Shown: positions 1-10,202, counted from the first letter of the stretch. The stretch is DNA of 64,000 nt from an archaeon (GCA_024276825.1 JAJRWI010000042.1:32001-96000), one strand, 5' to 3'. A program made the numbers and translations. The notes: a model not told the origin generated them from the sequence alone.

Positions 1-1198
1 CGAGCTCGGATGCCCTCAGACCCTGAGCCTTTAACATACCCTTGACTGACTTTTCAAGGGTGGTTTCTATCTTTTCAAGACGACGCAGTGACCTTTCGAG
101 TTCCTCCATCTCTTCTTGACTAATCTGAGGTCCTTCAGTAGACTCCTCAGGAGGTTCCGCTGCAGATGTTAGACCTTCTGCCAGCACTTCCGGCTCTCTA
201 ATGCCTTTGGACCTCATAGTGGTTTCTATATCGGAGGCGGGAAGTCCAGTGATGATTGATAGCAAGTCATAGGTTGCAGATGGTGACTCCTTGATGGTGT
301 CACCAATTAGCTTCGCAATATTGTTTCCAAGATTGATCTCATAGTCATCAATTGTAGTGGGCGAGTCAAACTCAATCTCAAAGAGTTCGAGTATTTGAAT
401 TCGTAATTCATGAGCCCTAGACAGGGTCCGTGGATTCTTACATATCTGTGAAACATTTTCTAAAATGGCTTGAGCAATTGTCTTCCAAGTGGCATCTGGA
501 ATATCAGCCTCGATCAATCTAGACTTCATATATTCATCCGATCCAAAGATCTTCATGATGCCTCTTCGAAGGATTGTGATCTCAATCACTTCAGTGGGAT
601 GTTCACGCATGAGTTCATCCCGAAGCGATAGGGCGGATTCTTTGAGACCTGATGCTTTGGTATAGAGTTCGTTGCGCCACTTTTGGCCCCAGCCAGTCAC
701 ATTATTAATGAAGTCAATGTCTTGGTTCAGACTATACTCATGCGGAATCTTTTGAAGGTGCTCCTTCAGAAGACTGACACATCTATCTATTGATTTCAGA
801 TCCAAGGGATTAATGAACTTCGGCTCTTCACAGATGGAGATGAAAAATTCACTCTCAAGACGAAGTATGTCAATCTCCTCTCTGTGCTTGTCGCCGAGGA
901 GTTGACGTATTTCCAGTTCTAGTTGACGAGACTCTTCGCGCGTCATCTCGTCCTTGCGTTCAATGGTCAACTCCTGTGCATCATCAAAGCTCAAAAGTCT
1001 GACTCCCTGATAATGATATAACCAGAATGCTGCAAAGAATGAATAGATATCTTCAATGGGACGCGGCGTTTCCAACATGGTCATTAGTTGTTGACGGTCT
1101 CTGGTACTTCTCATGTGAGTGGCAAGGCCTTCTCGCAGAATGATCTCTTTGCCAGCCTCACTCATTTGACGGGTCTTGATTATCCATGAACTTGACAT
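1..1198 (-). CDS. Hypothetical helical/coiled-coil protein, 3' end beyond window start
   Basis: Translated by hand: ATG at 1198 overlaps the TGA of the upstream gene (TGATG); MSSSWIIKTRQMSEAGKEIILREGL...EELERSLRRLEKIETTLEK; frame open to the window edge, so absent from the ORF track. Confidence 0.8.
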   Translation of the reverse strand, partial: MSSSWIIKTRQMSEAGKEIILREGLATHMRSTRDRQQLMTMLETPRPIEDIYSFFAAFWLYHYQGVRLLSFDDAQELTIERKDEMTREESRQLELEIRQLLGDKHREEIDILRLESEFFISICEEPKFINPLDLKSIDRCVSLLKEHLQKIPHEYSLNQDIDFINNVTGWGQKWRNELYTKASGLKESALSLRDELMREHPTEVIEITILRRGIMKIFGSDEYMKSRLIEADIPDATWKTIAQAILENVSQICKNPRTLSRAHELRIQILELFEIEFDSPTTIDDYEINLGNNIAKLIGDTIKESPSATYDLLSIITGLPASDIETTMRSKGIREPEVLAEGLTSAAEPPEESTEGPQISQEEMEELERSLRRLEKIETTLEKSVKGMLKAQGLRASEL

Positions 1199-3756
1199 CA
1201 GGCCTCACCTCTCAGAAAGTTGTTTCCAATAATTATTCGTAGTTCTCCGGGTTTGCGTTCGTAGGACACAAGGTACATAACATTCAAGTCGTTGGGGTCT
1301 CGTAAGTAGACCCTTGTAATGTATGGGAATATGTGACTCAGCCCTCGAATTACATCCTCGATCAGGTAGTTGTAGAAGGCATCGCCAAGCTCGATTTTTG
1401 CATCAGGGGCGGATTCAATACCCCGAGTCTTTAGTGTGACAAGGAGGTTTGTAAAAGTGCTCTCAAGTGCCTTGTGTTGCTCACCCATCTTCTCAATTTT
1501 CTCTGTCAAAATCTGTCTTAGACGGCGATATATCAACATCTCTTTGGGGGGCTCCGGTCTTGGAGGAAGTTGCTGCATTGGCCTTTCGGGATATTGAGAA
1601 TTAATCCGTTGAAGCCTGCTCTCCCAAGCCTCGGGAGGTGATGGAGATAGCCCTTCGGACAGGCGGGCCTGGTAAATCTGTTGCTCATTCTCGAGTTTTT
1701 CGCGTTCAGCCCGTATCATCTCGGTTCGCCTGGTATTGTGTGCAAAGGCCTGCTCGTTTTCTGCTTCTATTCTGCTATACTTCTTCTGCCATTGCTCTAT
1801 TCTCTGGGCATATTCTTGTTCTAGCTCTTCGGCAACAGAACTCACTTTCTCAATTACCGCTAGAGCACCACGAGCAGTATTGAGTTTTTCATGAACAAAG
1901 GTGACAAAATCAAGGAGTTGTTTGGAAAGGGGGTCATCAACATTCAGTTTGTTTTGAAATTCCTTAAGCCAACTCTTGGCCTCACTGAGCCAAAGCTCTG
2001 ACCTCTCATCAATGCCTTCCACAACTCTGGCGAACTCATCTATAAGTGGGACTGGTTCGTAGTACATCTTATCAATTATCTTGTTGATCGTTGTTCGTGA
2101 CAGCAGGGTCTGAGCAACATCAGGTATCACTTCTTGAACAAGTTGTTCGAACTTTACCAATCTTGCAGATAGTTCATCAGGCGATACGCCTATCAGGTCT
2201 GCGGATTCGTCCAATCTTTGAATTTCATTTCTTGCAATCTCAGCAATATCTATGAAGTCAACTAAAGACCAGACATCAATCTTGCGGAAGACTCTGATCA
2301 TCTCATCAGCAATTTCATTCAGCAGAGATCTAGTGTCCTTGTTTATGTCACCCTTGAATGCATGCTTATCAAAGAGCGCGTTTAGCTGTGAGAAGAGTTC
2401 ATCATAGATCTTTTCAAACAGCATCTTATCAATCGAGTCGAGTTCTCTCTGAAACATTTCATTCTTGAACTCGCGAAGAGCAGAAACAAGAACTTCTCTT
2501 GAAGCACTCACTGTGAGAAAGCGTGTTAGTTCATCAGTGAAGTTCTGAATTGCCCGCTTCGAGTAAGCGACAAAATAGCGGATGGCGCTTTTCAACTGCC
2601 ATGCGCGAATCTCAGTTTCAGTTGGAAATTCGCGTTGTAGGGAATCGCCCATTGCTGTCAAAAGACCCTTGATAATGGTTCCCTTAATACCATATAGTTC
2701 ATCAGTCTTGAGTTCTGCCAACGAGTTAAGTTCCACTAGATGTTCATTTAGTTTCATGGTCTTCCCTGAACCAATGTGTTGTTCAGTCATCTCCTCAAAA
2801 ATACCAATTGCATTCTCGGCAAGCTGCATAAACTCTGAACCTTTTGCAATCACATTGTCAATATCGCTGGGACTGATTATAGAAGAGCCCATGAAACTGA
2901 TTAGGCCATCAACTAGGACGCGTGTTGCACGGGCCTCCTCAAAACTATAGGAATATGTATTGAGTTCAGAAAGTATCGCCCTCCCAGCCTCAGGTATTCT
3001 TTCGGCAAGTGCTTCGATGCCCGCGGGTGTGAGCACCCTGTGCTTGAAATGTTCAAGCAGATGCGACTCGTCATACTCTGGCATAAGAAAGCGAACCTTG
3101 GGTGTCCCAACGGGTCTAAGGCCTGGGGGCCTTATTGTAAAACTTTCAACTACAGGAACCACAATTTCACATTCAGGGTCTACCTGATCAATCTTGAGCT
3201 GCATCGAGTCCCATGAACCCTGAAAGCGCTTGTCCATCATCTCTACGAAGGTCACTCGGTTTAAGCGATCACTGAACTTTTTTATTACTCGTAGCCCTTC
3301 CTGTTCATAGTCAAGTTGATTGTTCTCTACCGCATTTTCTATATCTGCAAGCTTCTTAGACACTGTAGTGATATGTTTGTCAATCTTGAATGTGTCAACA
3401 ATTCCTCTTTCCCAAGCAAGTATGCATGCATTAGACATCACACCTGCAGAGGACCCTCCAGTAATCAATAGTTGTTCGGGTAAAACCCGAGGACTAGGGG
3501 GCTTTTCTAGATTCCACTCCATTGATAGGATCTCAAGTTGTTCTTCAGATGACAATATGTCTTGAAGACTGATGATAATTGGAGCAATGTTCATGGCAAC
3601 CAGTTCAGAGTTTTCTTCCATCATACTCCCCAGACCAATTGCACTTCCAACAGGAACTCCGCGTTTCGTTGTTGTTGTTAGTACTGAAACCGAGGCCATT
3701 CTAATTGATTCTGCTGTGCTGGGAGCGTGTGTTCTTCCCCTTGCTGTTCTACTCAT
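1198..3756 (-). CDS. Large hypothetical protein: possible N-terminal longin-like domain, helical body, coiled coil, Pro-rich segment
   Basis: 852-aa ORF with GAGGAG RBS; EELEQEYAQRIEQWQKK coiled coil; PPRPEPP. Confidence 0.8.
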   Translation of the reverse strand: MSRTARGRTHAPSTAESIRMASVSVLTTTTKRGVPVGSAIGLGSMMEENSELVAMNIAPIIISLQDILSSEEQLEILSMEWNLEKPPSPRVLPEQLLITGGSSAGVMSNACILAWERGIVDTFKIDKHITTVSKKLADIENAVENNQLDYEQEGLRVIKKFSDRLNRVTFVEMMDKRFQGSWDSMQLKIDQVDPECEIVVPVVESFTIRPPGLRPVGTPKVRFLMPEYDESHLLEHFKHRVLTPAGIEALAERIPEAGRAILSELNTYSYSFEEARATRVLVDGLISFMGSSIISPSDIDNVIAKGSEFMQLAENAIGIFEEMTEQHIGSGKTMKLNEHLVELNSLAELKTDELYGIKGTIIKGLLTAMGDSLQREFPTETEIRAWQLKSAIRYFVAYSKRAIQNFTDELTRFLTVSASREVLVSALREFKNEMFQRELDSIDKMLFEKIYDELFSQLNALFDKHAFKGDINKDTRSLLNEIADEMIRVFRKIDVWSLVDFIDIAEIARNEIQRLDESADLIGVSPDELSARLVKFEQLVQEVIPDVAQTLLSRTTINKIIDKMYYEPVPLIDEFARVVEGIDERSELWLSEAKSWLKEFQNKLNVDDPLSKQLLDFVTFVHEKLNTARGALAVIEKVSSVAEELEQEYAQRIEQWQKKYSRIEAENEQAFAHNTRRTEMIRAEREKLENEQQIYQARLSEGLSPSPPEAWESRLQRINSQYPERPMQQLPPRPEPPKEMLIYRRLRQILTEKIEKMGEQHKALESTFTNLLVTLKTRGIESAPDAKIELGDAFYNYLIEDVIRGLSHIFPYITRVYLRDPNDLNVMYLVSYERKPGELRIIIGNNFLRGEA

Positions 3757-3862
3757 AGTGGGTTCTCCTCTTGTCAGGTGTCCAATCTATCTATAATAGG
3801 ATATGAATTTGCAGACTCGCTTTTGAATTATTCTGGTCGATAGCAGAAATCCTTCTGGAATG

Positions 3863-4828
3863 TCAAGAGTCGTGAACGGACCAGATTGATTTTGATTGTT
3901 CAATAATGCCGTTTCTTTTCAGAGTCATCAAAGCTGAATAAATAGTGGCCCTAAGTAAGATGGGGCTGTCAAAGGGTATTGGAATATTATGCATTCTCGT
4001 TAGATCAAAGGCAATCTGTTCTATGTCCGCCTTACCACGTGCTTTGAGCAGACATAGGACATTGCCCAGAAATTCTTGTGTGCTATCGTGTGCTTGCTGA
4101 ATCTGTGGAATGACATCCTCAAATATATGGGGTGAGTCATGAGTAGGAAGCAGATAATCTGGATGAAGAGATTTAATCTTATCAAGTGCAAGGACACGTG
4201 CTGCCAAGTCGCCGCTGCAGTCAGTAAAAAACATTCTAGGTTCGTTGGGAAAATTATTGATTTCGTCTCCAGAAAAGAGGATTTTTCTGGAGGGCTCAAA
4301 AAATACGCAGTGTCCTGCTGAATGGCCGCCAGTAAAAATCACTCTTAGCCTTGTTGAGCCGAACGAGATTGTATCATTATTATGTAGAATTTCATTCACT
4401 TTGACGCCAGGATAATTCACTCGCAAAGGCCCTTTCTCCAGTCTTGCAGTTATCTTTTCGATCATGTTGAGCCGTAGTCGCTCACTTAGGAAGAGAGAGG
4501 GGTTTTCAAGCAGCCGGACATCATTCTCATGGACCATCACTCTTGCTTTTGACAACTTCATAATTCGATGGAGTCCACCCACATGATCAGGATGAGCATG
4601 AGTACAGAGGACAGCAACAAGGTCGGTCCGGCTATTAAGACCAATCTTGTCCATTACTTTTTCTATCATGCCGCCTGGTGAGCCCGCAGTGCCAGAATCA
4701 ATCAAGACAGCCTTGCCATCACTGACCACCAAATAGACTGAGATGGGTCCAAGCTTATCAGTGAATCTTCCTTGAATATGAAACACACCGGGTATGATCT
4801 CTGTAGATGACATTAATGAAAAAATCAT
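3863..4828 (-). CDS. MBL-fold metallo-hydrolase with C-terminal winged-helix-like extension
   Basis: LIDSG, THAHPDHVGG (HxHxDH), GHSAGH, FSGD, PTH motifs. Confidence 0.9.
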   Translation of the reverse strand: MIFSLMSSTEIIPGVFHIQGRFTDKLGPISVYLVVSDGKAVLIDSGTAGSPGGMIEKVMDKIGLNSRTDLVAVLCTHAHPDHVGGLHRIMKLSKARVMVHENDVRLLENPSLFLSERLRLNMIEKITARLEKGPLRVNYPGVKVNEILHNNDTISFGSTRLRVIFTGGHSAGHCVFFEPSRKILFSGDEINNFPNEPRMFFTDCSGDLAARVLALDKIKSLHPDYLLPTHDSPHIFEDVIPQIQQAHDSTQEFLGNVLCLLKARGKADIEQIAFDLTRMHNIPIPFDSPILLRATIYSALMTLKRNGIIEQSKSIWSVHDS

Positions 4829-4914
4829 GGAGACCTTACTTATGATACTATCGTGTAATTGCTACCATAGGGAAATTATTAGTTGGATTCGCGTTCTTGG
4901 GATATTGACTTGCG

Positions 4915-5952
4915 ATGGAGTCTACAGAATTCCTTGAACTGATTGAGAGCATTCGACGTGGGATAGGTCTCGTTCGTGGGATTGAACCTAAGATACTCGA
5001 CATCCTTGAAGATGATACTGGATGTATTCATGTGCTTACCACCGACCGGTCTGAGAAACACATGATCCTTGGGCCAGCAGGAAGAGTGGTAACCGAGGCA
5101 GTAAAGAGAACGGGGAGGAATGTGAAGATCTATAGCAGGGATGATGTCATACTTCGTGAGTTCAGACTAAAACTTGTTCTTAGTAGAATCAACGAAATTC
5201 TCGAACATGTTAATGATATGCAGGGTGCGTTTCTTGAAAGACTGAAACTCATGATCAACGCCCGACTTAAGATACCAATAGTAAATCACCCAGTTGCGGA
5301 TTTAAAAGAGACCAACATCGAGGCAGGAGTTGCACTCTCAGGAGGAGCAGATAGCAGTGCATCAATGATAATAATCAAAAGATGGGGAATAACACCAAGA
5401 CCGCTGATTGTTGACAGAGGTGTTGAGTTTCTGCACCCGAAAGCTCGTCAAGACATAGTAGAGTTTTGTCGAAAACTGGGAGTGACTCCTGAGTTCATTC
5501 CTGTTGATGATGGCTTTTCAGAAGTCCTTGAAAAAACACGAGAGGGGCGCATTCACCCGTGTGGGCCATGCCACGAAATCGTGATGCGTACAGTCCACAG
5601 GTTTTCCAAGAAAAAAGGGATTCAGATAATTGTGACAGGAGAGTCATTACCAAGTGGTAGACAGTCACTTGTTCTAGATGATGGCATTCTCCATGTCCAC
5701 ATCCCAGCGGCTCTGGTCTTGACAAAATATGAAACTAGAAAGACCAGTGAAGAGTACCATGTCATTCACAGTAAATCAAAGTTTGGCTGCTCATTGCTTC
5801 ATGAAACATATCAATTAGGTTGGCAGGCAATTGGGCCTTCAATCTACAGAGTACTGAGAGAAGTGGATGCAGGATTCCTCTCAACTGCCAAGGCGTTATC
5901 ATTGATAAGGGGAATTGTCAAGGATCATCTAAAGCAAGAGGGAAATCAATGA
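4915..5952 (+). CDS. KH-domain plus PP-loop ATPase (predicted archaeal PP-loop family)
   Basis: ILGPAGRVV (KH GxxG), VALSGGADSS PP-loop, HPCGPCH and KFGC cysteines. Confidence 0.8.
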   Translation: MESTEFLELIESIRRGIGLVRGIEPKILDILEDDTGCIHVLTTDRSEKHMILGPAGRVVTEAVKRTGRNVKIYSRDDVILREFRLKLVLSRINEILEHVNDMQGAFLERLKLMINARLKIPIVNHPVADLKETNIEAGVALSGGADSSASMIIIKRWGITPRPLIVDRGVEFLHPKARQDIVEFCRKLGVTPEFIPVDDGFSEVLEKTREGRIHPCGPCHEIVMRTVHRFSKKKGIQIIVTGESLPSGRQSLVLDDGILHVHIPAALVLTKYETRKTSEEYHVIHSKSKFGCSLLHETYQLGWQAIGPSIYRVLREVDAGFLSTAKALSLIRGIVKDHLKQEGNQ

Positions 5953-6416
5953 CAAAAGGGATATACGCATTAATATTGCAAAACGACAATGATAAGGAGA
6001 TTGCCATTGGTTCGCTCGGATTGGTCAGGTTTCACATGGGGTTCTATGTATATGTTGGTTCAGCAATGGGCCGAGGACCAACTAGTGTTGAGAACCGTGT
6101 GAGAAGACATTTTTCAGGGTCGAAGAAGAAACACTGGCATATTGATTATCTACTTGAGCATGTTGAGATTTATGATGTCCTATGGGCAAAGAGTGATGTG
6201 AGGCTAGAATGCAGCCTTGTTCAAGAGATAGTGAATATGAATGAGTTTGAATATGGCCCGAAATCATTTGGAAACTCCGACTGCAAATCTTTCTGTCAAG
6301 CTCACATCCTGAAATACAAGGGATTCAATACGCCTATGAATTATCTAATTGATGCCTTTTCAAAACTAGGCCTTGTTCCACATGATCATGATGACATGGA
6401 GCTTCGCAACGATTAA
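5949..6416 (+). CDS. GIY-YIG nuclease, DUF123/Uri-type
   Basis: KGIYALIL, YVYVGSA, RVRRH, HWHIDYL, FGNSDC..C..H; ATG at 5949 overlaps upstream TGA. Confidence 0.88.
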   Translation: MTKGIYALILQNDNDKEIAIGSLGLVRFHMGFYVYVGSAMGRGPTSVENRVRRHFSGSKKKHWHIDYLLEHVEIYDVLWAKSDVRLECSLVQEIVNMNEFEYGPKSFGNSDCKSFCQAHILKYKGFNTPMNYLIDAFSKLGLVPHDHDDMELRND

Positions 6417-6460
6417 ATGTCTTTGATAACTCTAAGTAAAAACAGCGGAGGAACCGATTG

Positions 6461-6679
6461 ATGAATTGGAAGGCGGTTTTTGAACAATTACGAACCACCA
6501 ATCAGACATTCACAGTATACCTGAGATATACTCAGAGAGACTCGCTAGCAAAAGTTCCGAATGTCAGGGTGAGTGAAGTGCATGAGGACTATGTCATGCT
6601 GGAAAACCCATCAGGCTATGGGGTAGTGGGATATGAGGACATTCTCTATGTTTCCATTCCCAGAGCAAAAGGCTTCTAA
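6461..6679 (+). CDS. Small hypothetical protein, possible Sm/LSm-like beta-barrel
   Basis: GGAGGA RBS; helix followed by beta strands (VSEVHEDYVMLE...VVGYEDILYV). Confidence 0.65.
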   Translation: MNWKAVFEQLRTTNQTFTVYLRYTQRDSLAKVPNVRVSEVHEDYVMLENPSGYGVVGYEDILYVSIPRAKGF

Positions 6680-6753
6680 GCAATTCCAATTGCATGATAT
6701 GCAGAATCATTTTTTTAATGATGGTGAATAGTAAGACAGTGTTGGTGAGAAAA

Positions 6754-7716
6754 ATGTCACCGGTATCATATATCCCCTTAGAGGGAGAACGGATCCTAGC
6801 ACAAGGTCCTGAGTATTATGTGACGAATTATAGACTGGTTCAATATGATCATGGATCCAAGTCTACAGTCAGTCTACCATGGCACTTGGTGAAGGAGTAC
6901 AAGCTACTGCCAAGAACCGCCATGTTCAAAGTAGTAAATGGAATTGTAAACCTGATTGGTTCCATGCCCAAACGGGAAGAGGTCAGGGCTGCAATTGCAT
7001 TCAGAGAATTTGAGAATTTGACTGTAGGTGAACAAAGAAAACTATGTGATATTTCTGGTGTTCCCTTCATCCACCCCGATCATCCATACAACCTATGGAT
7101 AACTGTAGGATTTCATCAAAAATTGCAGTATGAGTTCTATAGAAGATTCGCATGGATTAAGGGAGAAGAGGTGTTTACATACTATCCGGATGCATTCATT
7201 CTGACTAACTATAGACTGTATCAGTATGACAGAAGGAAGAGAAAATTATACCTGTTTCCATTATACATGATACACACATTTGAGGCGAGAAGGGATAGAC
7301 TGAAAATACAAGCAACAACGGGCAATTTTGATATTCGTGGAATTGTTGTCAGACAAGATCATCTACTCAGAATGTGGCAGCAGCGTGCATGGGACTCCAT
7401 CCCCTCAGAACATCTGGAGTGGCTGTTATTAGAGTATACTACACTAGCCACAAGACATCCACTATCGCAGTATGCTGTAAGTGATGCATCTCATGTTAAG
7501 CCAACACATCAGGTTGTTGAACAGGACCAAATGCAAATGGAAGCCAGTTCTTCGACCCCAAGTAGTGGAACTGTTCTTGTGAAGCCGCAGATCAAGGCAA
7601 AGTGTGACAATTGTGGTGCCCCGTTATCATGGGAGTCGATTGATTGGGTTGGCCCTGATCAATACGCTTGTCCTAGTTGTGGACACGCCCACAATGTGGA
7701 CTACATAAGAATCTGA
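6754..7716 (+). CDS. Tandem PH/GRAM-like domain protein with C-terminal zinc ribbon
   Basis: Repeat GER...YYVTNYRLVQYD and GEE...FILTNYRLYQYD; CDNC...CPSC; GGTGA RBS before ATG 6754. Confidence 0.7.
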   Translation: MSPVSYIPLEGERILAQGPEYYVTNYRLVQYDHGSKSTVSLPWHLVKEYKLLPRTAMFKVVNGIVNLIGSMPKREEVRAAIAFREFENLTVGEQRKLCDISGVPFIHPDHPYNLWITVGFHQKLQYEFYRRFAWIKGEEVFTYYPDAFILTNYRLYQYDRRKRKLYLFPLYMIHTFEARRDRLKIQATTGNFDIRGIVVRQDHLLRMWQQRAWDSIPSEHLEWLLLEYTTLATRHPLSQYAVSDASHVKPTHQVVEQDQMQMEASSSTPSSGTVLVKPQIKAKCDNCGAPLSWESIDWVGPDQYACPSCGHAHNVDYIRI

Positions 7717-7739
7717 ACGTTTCAAGAATTGAATGGGAG

Positions 7740-7766
7740 TCCAGTGCCTTCCTGAAGAGTACTGGA
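7740..7766. terminator. Hairpin between convergent genes
   Basis: TCCAGT...ACTGGA arms with inner CTTC/GAAG. Confidence 0.4.
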
Positions 7767-7803
7767 ATGCAATACTGAAGGCAGTCTAACTTGCAATGAA
7801 CGA

Positions 7804-9687
7804 TTACAATGCCCATTCAAGGGACAACCTCTTGATTGTTTCCTTGGTGGGCAATCCTGTTTCCAAGTCCCATCCTCTTAATCGATAATAATCATTAAGC
7901 ATTGGTTCAAGGTTGACAACTTGTCCCTTGCCTGGGCCTTCAGGCATAGGTTCTTTTGTGAAACGATCAGGAAGTCTATCATCTGCACGTGTGATTCCTT
8001 CACGAGCATTGAACATTCGCTTTAGAGTGATTTGTCGCTCTGCAATCGTAATCAGGTTCTCCACTTTTCCGAGATATTGCTCGCCAGTAGCAAGAGGCAG
8101 CATCTCTGCAAAGTCCTTCATCCAGAAGATTGGAGGCCATGAAACCGAGTACCAGCAGACAATCAGGGTATCACGTATTGCATAGGCATTTTCAGTTTCG
8201 AAGACTGCTGTTGCCTTGTACTTCTCAGTATAGGGGTTGATTATCTCGGGCAGCTTGTCAGCGCCCCATCTCTCTGCGGCCACCTCCTCATAACCTAATT
8301 GATCAACCACAACCAGACTTCTTAGATGATCGGCACCGCGCGCCCCAGTAGCATGACCAAGACCTATACTTCGATGAGTACGACCATCTTGGCCAGATAT
8401 CTCCATTCCCTTTACATGCAGGGCAAACTTCTCAGTACCTCGACCTAGAAACTCTGCGGCCCTCTTGCTCCCCTCGGCAAGAACATCGCCAAATCCCTCT
8501 CTACGACCAATCATTTTCAGCAGCTTGATCACTGTTTTGCTATCGTCCCATTTGAGAGTAATTCCACTAGTATCGTTCTCATTAATCAGACCCTCAACAA
8601 ATGACTCAATTGCAAATCCAATTGTCGCACCTGCTGAGATTATGTCCATCCCAAATTTATTGCAGATCTGGTTTGCCTTCAGAGTTGTCGGGTAATCGGC
8701 AATTCCCAGAGAACTACCTATTGCCATAAGACCCTCATATTCGGGCCCTTCTTCCAATGTTCCTGCAAATGGCCCATCGGGAATATAGTTGACCTTTTTG
8801 CATCCCAGACTGCAGCCAAAGCATGCCCTGTCAGATATTGTATATCTTGGACGAATGAAATCACCGCTAAGTTTCTCCCAGCCCGAGAAGACACCAGTCT
8901 TGTGATTATAAGTGGGCAACTCACCAATCTCTTGCTTAACAGCAGTGAGAATCCAAGTGCCCCATTTGCCCATTTCCTTGGCCTGCGGATTCTCTCTGAC
9001 TCTTCTGTGGGCATCTTTTGCAAGTTCTACAAATCCCTCATGATCTGCCACTTCAACAGCTCCAGTCCCCCGAATGGCAATTGCTTTCAGGTTCTTAGAA
9101 CCCATCACTGCACCCATTCCAGTGCGTCCTGCCGCACGAGCATGGTTAATCATAATTGATGCAAATCTGACCCTATTCTCCCCAGCAGGACCTATCGCGG
9201 CCACCTGTATGTCGGGGTCATGGTGTTTCTTTTGAATGGAAACTGTGGTATGATCGGTGGTCGAGCCCCAGAGATCGTCAGCACTGATAATCTGGAGGTC
9301 AGAGTCCTGAATCAGGATATAGACAGGCTCTTCAGACTTCCCCTCAACAACCAGCATGTCATAGCCTGCATATTTTAATTCGGGCCCGAGAAAGCCACCA
9401 ACATGACTCTCACCCCAGATGCCCGTGAGGGGCGCTTTGGAAACAAAAACAGTTCTCCCACTCATTGGCCAAAGCGTGCCAGTAATGGGCCCAGTTGAAA
9501 CCATCAGCTTGTTGTTTTCGCTCAAAGGATCGGTGCCTGCTTTAACCTCAGTGTACAAAACATGAGCAGCAAACCCGTCGCCGCCGATATACTCCTTAAT
9601 CCATTCGGAAGGCAAGGGGTCAATATGAAAAGTGCCATCACTGAGATTTACACGGAGAATCCTGCCCATGTAGCCCTTTGATGACAT
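7804..9687 (-). CDS. aor: Tungsten aldehyde:ferredoxin oxidoreductase family protein
   Basis: GRILRVNLS, KAPLTG, IGPAGEN, GRTGMGAVMGSKNLKAI, CFGCSLGC, GPEYE, DDRLPDRF, YYRLRGWD. Confidence 0.95.
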   Translation of the reverse strand: MSSKGYMGRILRVNLSDGTFHIDPLPSEWIKEYIGGDGFAAHVLYTEVKAGTDPLSENNKLMVSTGPITGTLWPMSGRTVFVSKAPLTGIWGESHVGGFLGPELKYAGYDMLVVEGKSEEPVYILIQDSDLQIISADDLWGSTTDHTTVSIQKKHHDPDIQVAAIGPAGENRVRFASIMINHARAAGRTGMGAVMGSKNLKAIAIRGTGAVEVADHEGFVELAKDAHRRVRENPQAKEMGKWGTWILTAVKQEIGELPTYNHKTGVFSGWEKLSGDFIRPRYTISDRACFGCSLGCKKVNYIPDGPFAGTLEEGPEYEGLMAIGSSLGIADYPTTLKANQICNKFGMDIISAGATIGFAIESFVEGLINENDTSGITLKWDDSKTVIKLLKMIGRREGFGDVLAEGSKRAAEFLGRGTEKFALHVKGMEISGQDGRTHRSIGLGHATGARGADHLRSLVVVDQLGYEEVAAERWGADKLPEIINPYTEKYKATAVFETENAYAIRDTLIVCWYSVSWPPIFWMKDFAEMLPLATGEQYLGKVENLITIAERQITLKRMFNAREGITRADDRLPDRFTKEPMPEGPGKGQVVNLEPMLNDYYRLRGWDLETGLPTKETIKRLSLEWAL

Positions 9688-10202
9688 TATACATCCCCAC
9701 CAGCCTCTTCAACACTGGCTACTCTCTTGACCTCTCTCAAATACCTGTCAACTTTGCCATGTCTGTCCACAGTTGAAATAGAGGAAACGGGCCCATATGT
9801 AATGGCGCCTGTTGGACATATCTTTGCACACTCTGGGTCGCCATCGCAATGATTGCATTTGATAATCTTCATGGCGTATGTGTCAAGACGAATCACGCCA
9901 TTCACACAAGCGCCAACGCAAGACTTGCATAGAATACATTTGTCATGAACAACATAGACCATGTTTGAAACAGGATCCCTGCGCATCGCATAGACAGGAC
10001 ACACCTCGATACACGGGGCCTCTTCGCAGGGCGGACACACATTGGGAATGTCTAGTCCCAATGAGTCATACTTTACAATCTTGAGTCTTGCAAGACTTGG
10101 TTGAAACTTGCCTTCGTGCTTTGCAGAACACGCCAGTTCACAGAGTCTGCAACCTGTGCACTTGGAGTAATCAATGATGAGTTGATTTGCCAGTGTGGAC
10201 AC
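9687..10202 (-). CDS. 4Fe-4S dicluster ferredoxin subunit associated with AOR
   Basis: CTGCRLCELAC, CPPCEEAPCIEVCP, CILCKSCVGAC, KCNHC...CAKICP. Confidence 0.93.
   Translation of the reverse strand: MSTLANQLIIDYSKCTGCRLCELACSAKHEGKFQPSLARLKIVKYDSLGLDIPNVCPPCEEAPCIEVCPVYAMRRDPVSNMVYVVHDKCILCKSCVGACVNGVIRLDTYAMKIIKCNHCDGDPECAKICPTGAITYGPVSSISTVDRHGKVDRYLREVKRVASVEEAGGDV

Noticed and set aside
3778-3790. GTGTCCAATCTAT as a reverse copy of the dispersed element
   Set aside because: Only one short block matches; the other blocks are absent.
5949-6416. GIY-YIG gene as a homing endonuclease or mobile element
   Set aside because: DUF123-type stand-alone archaeal family; no intron or intein context.
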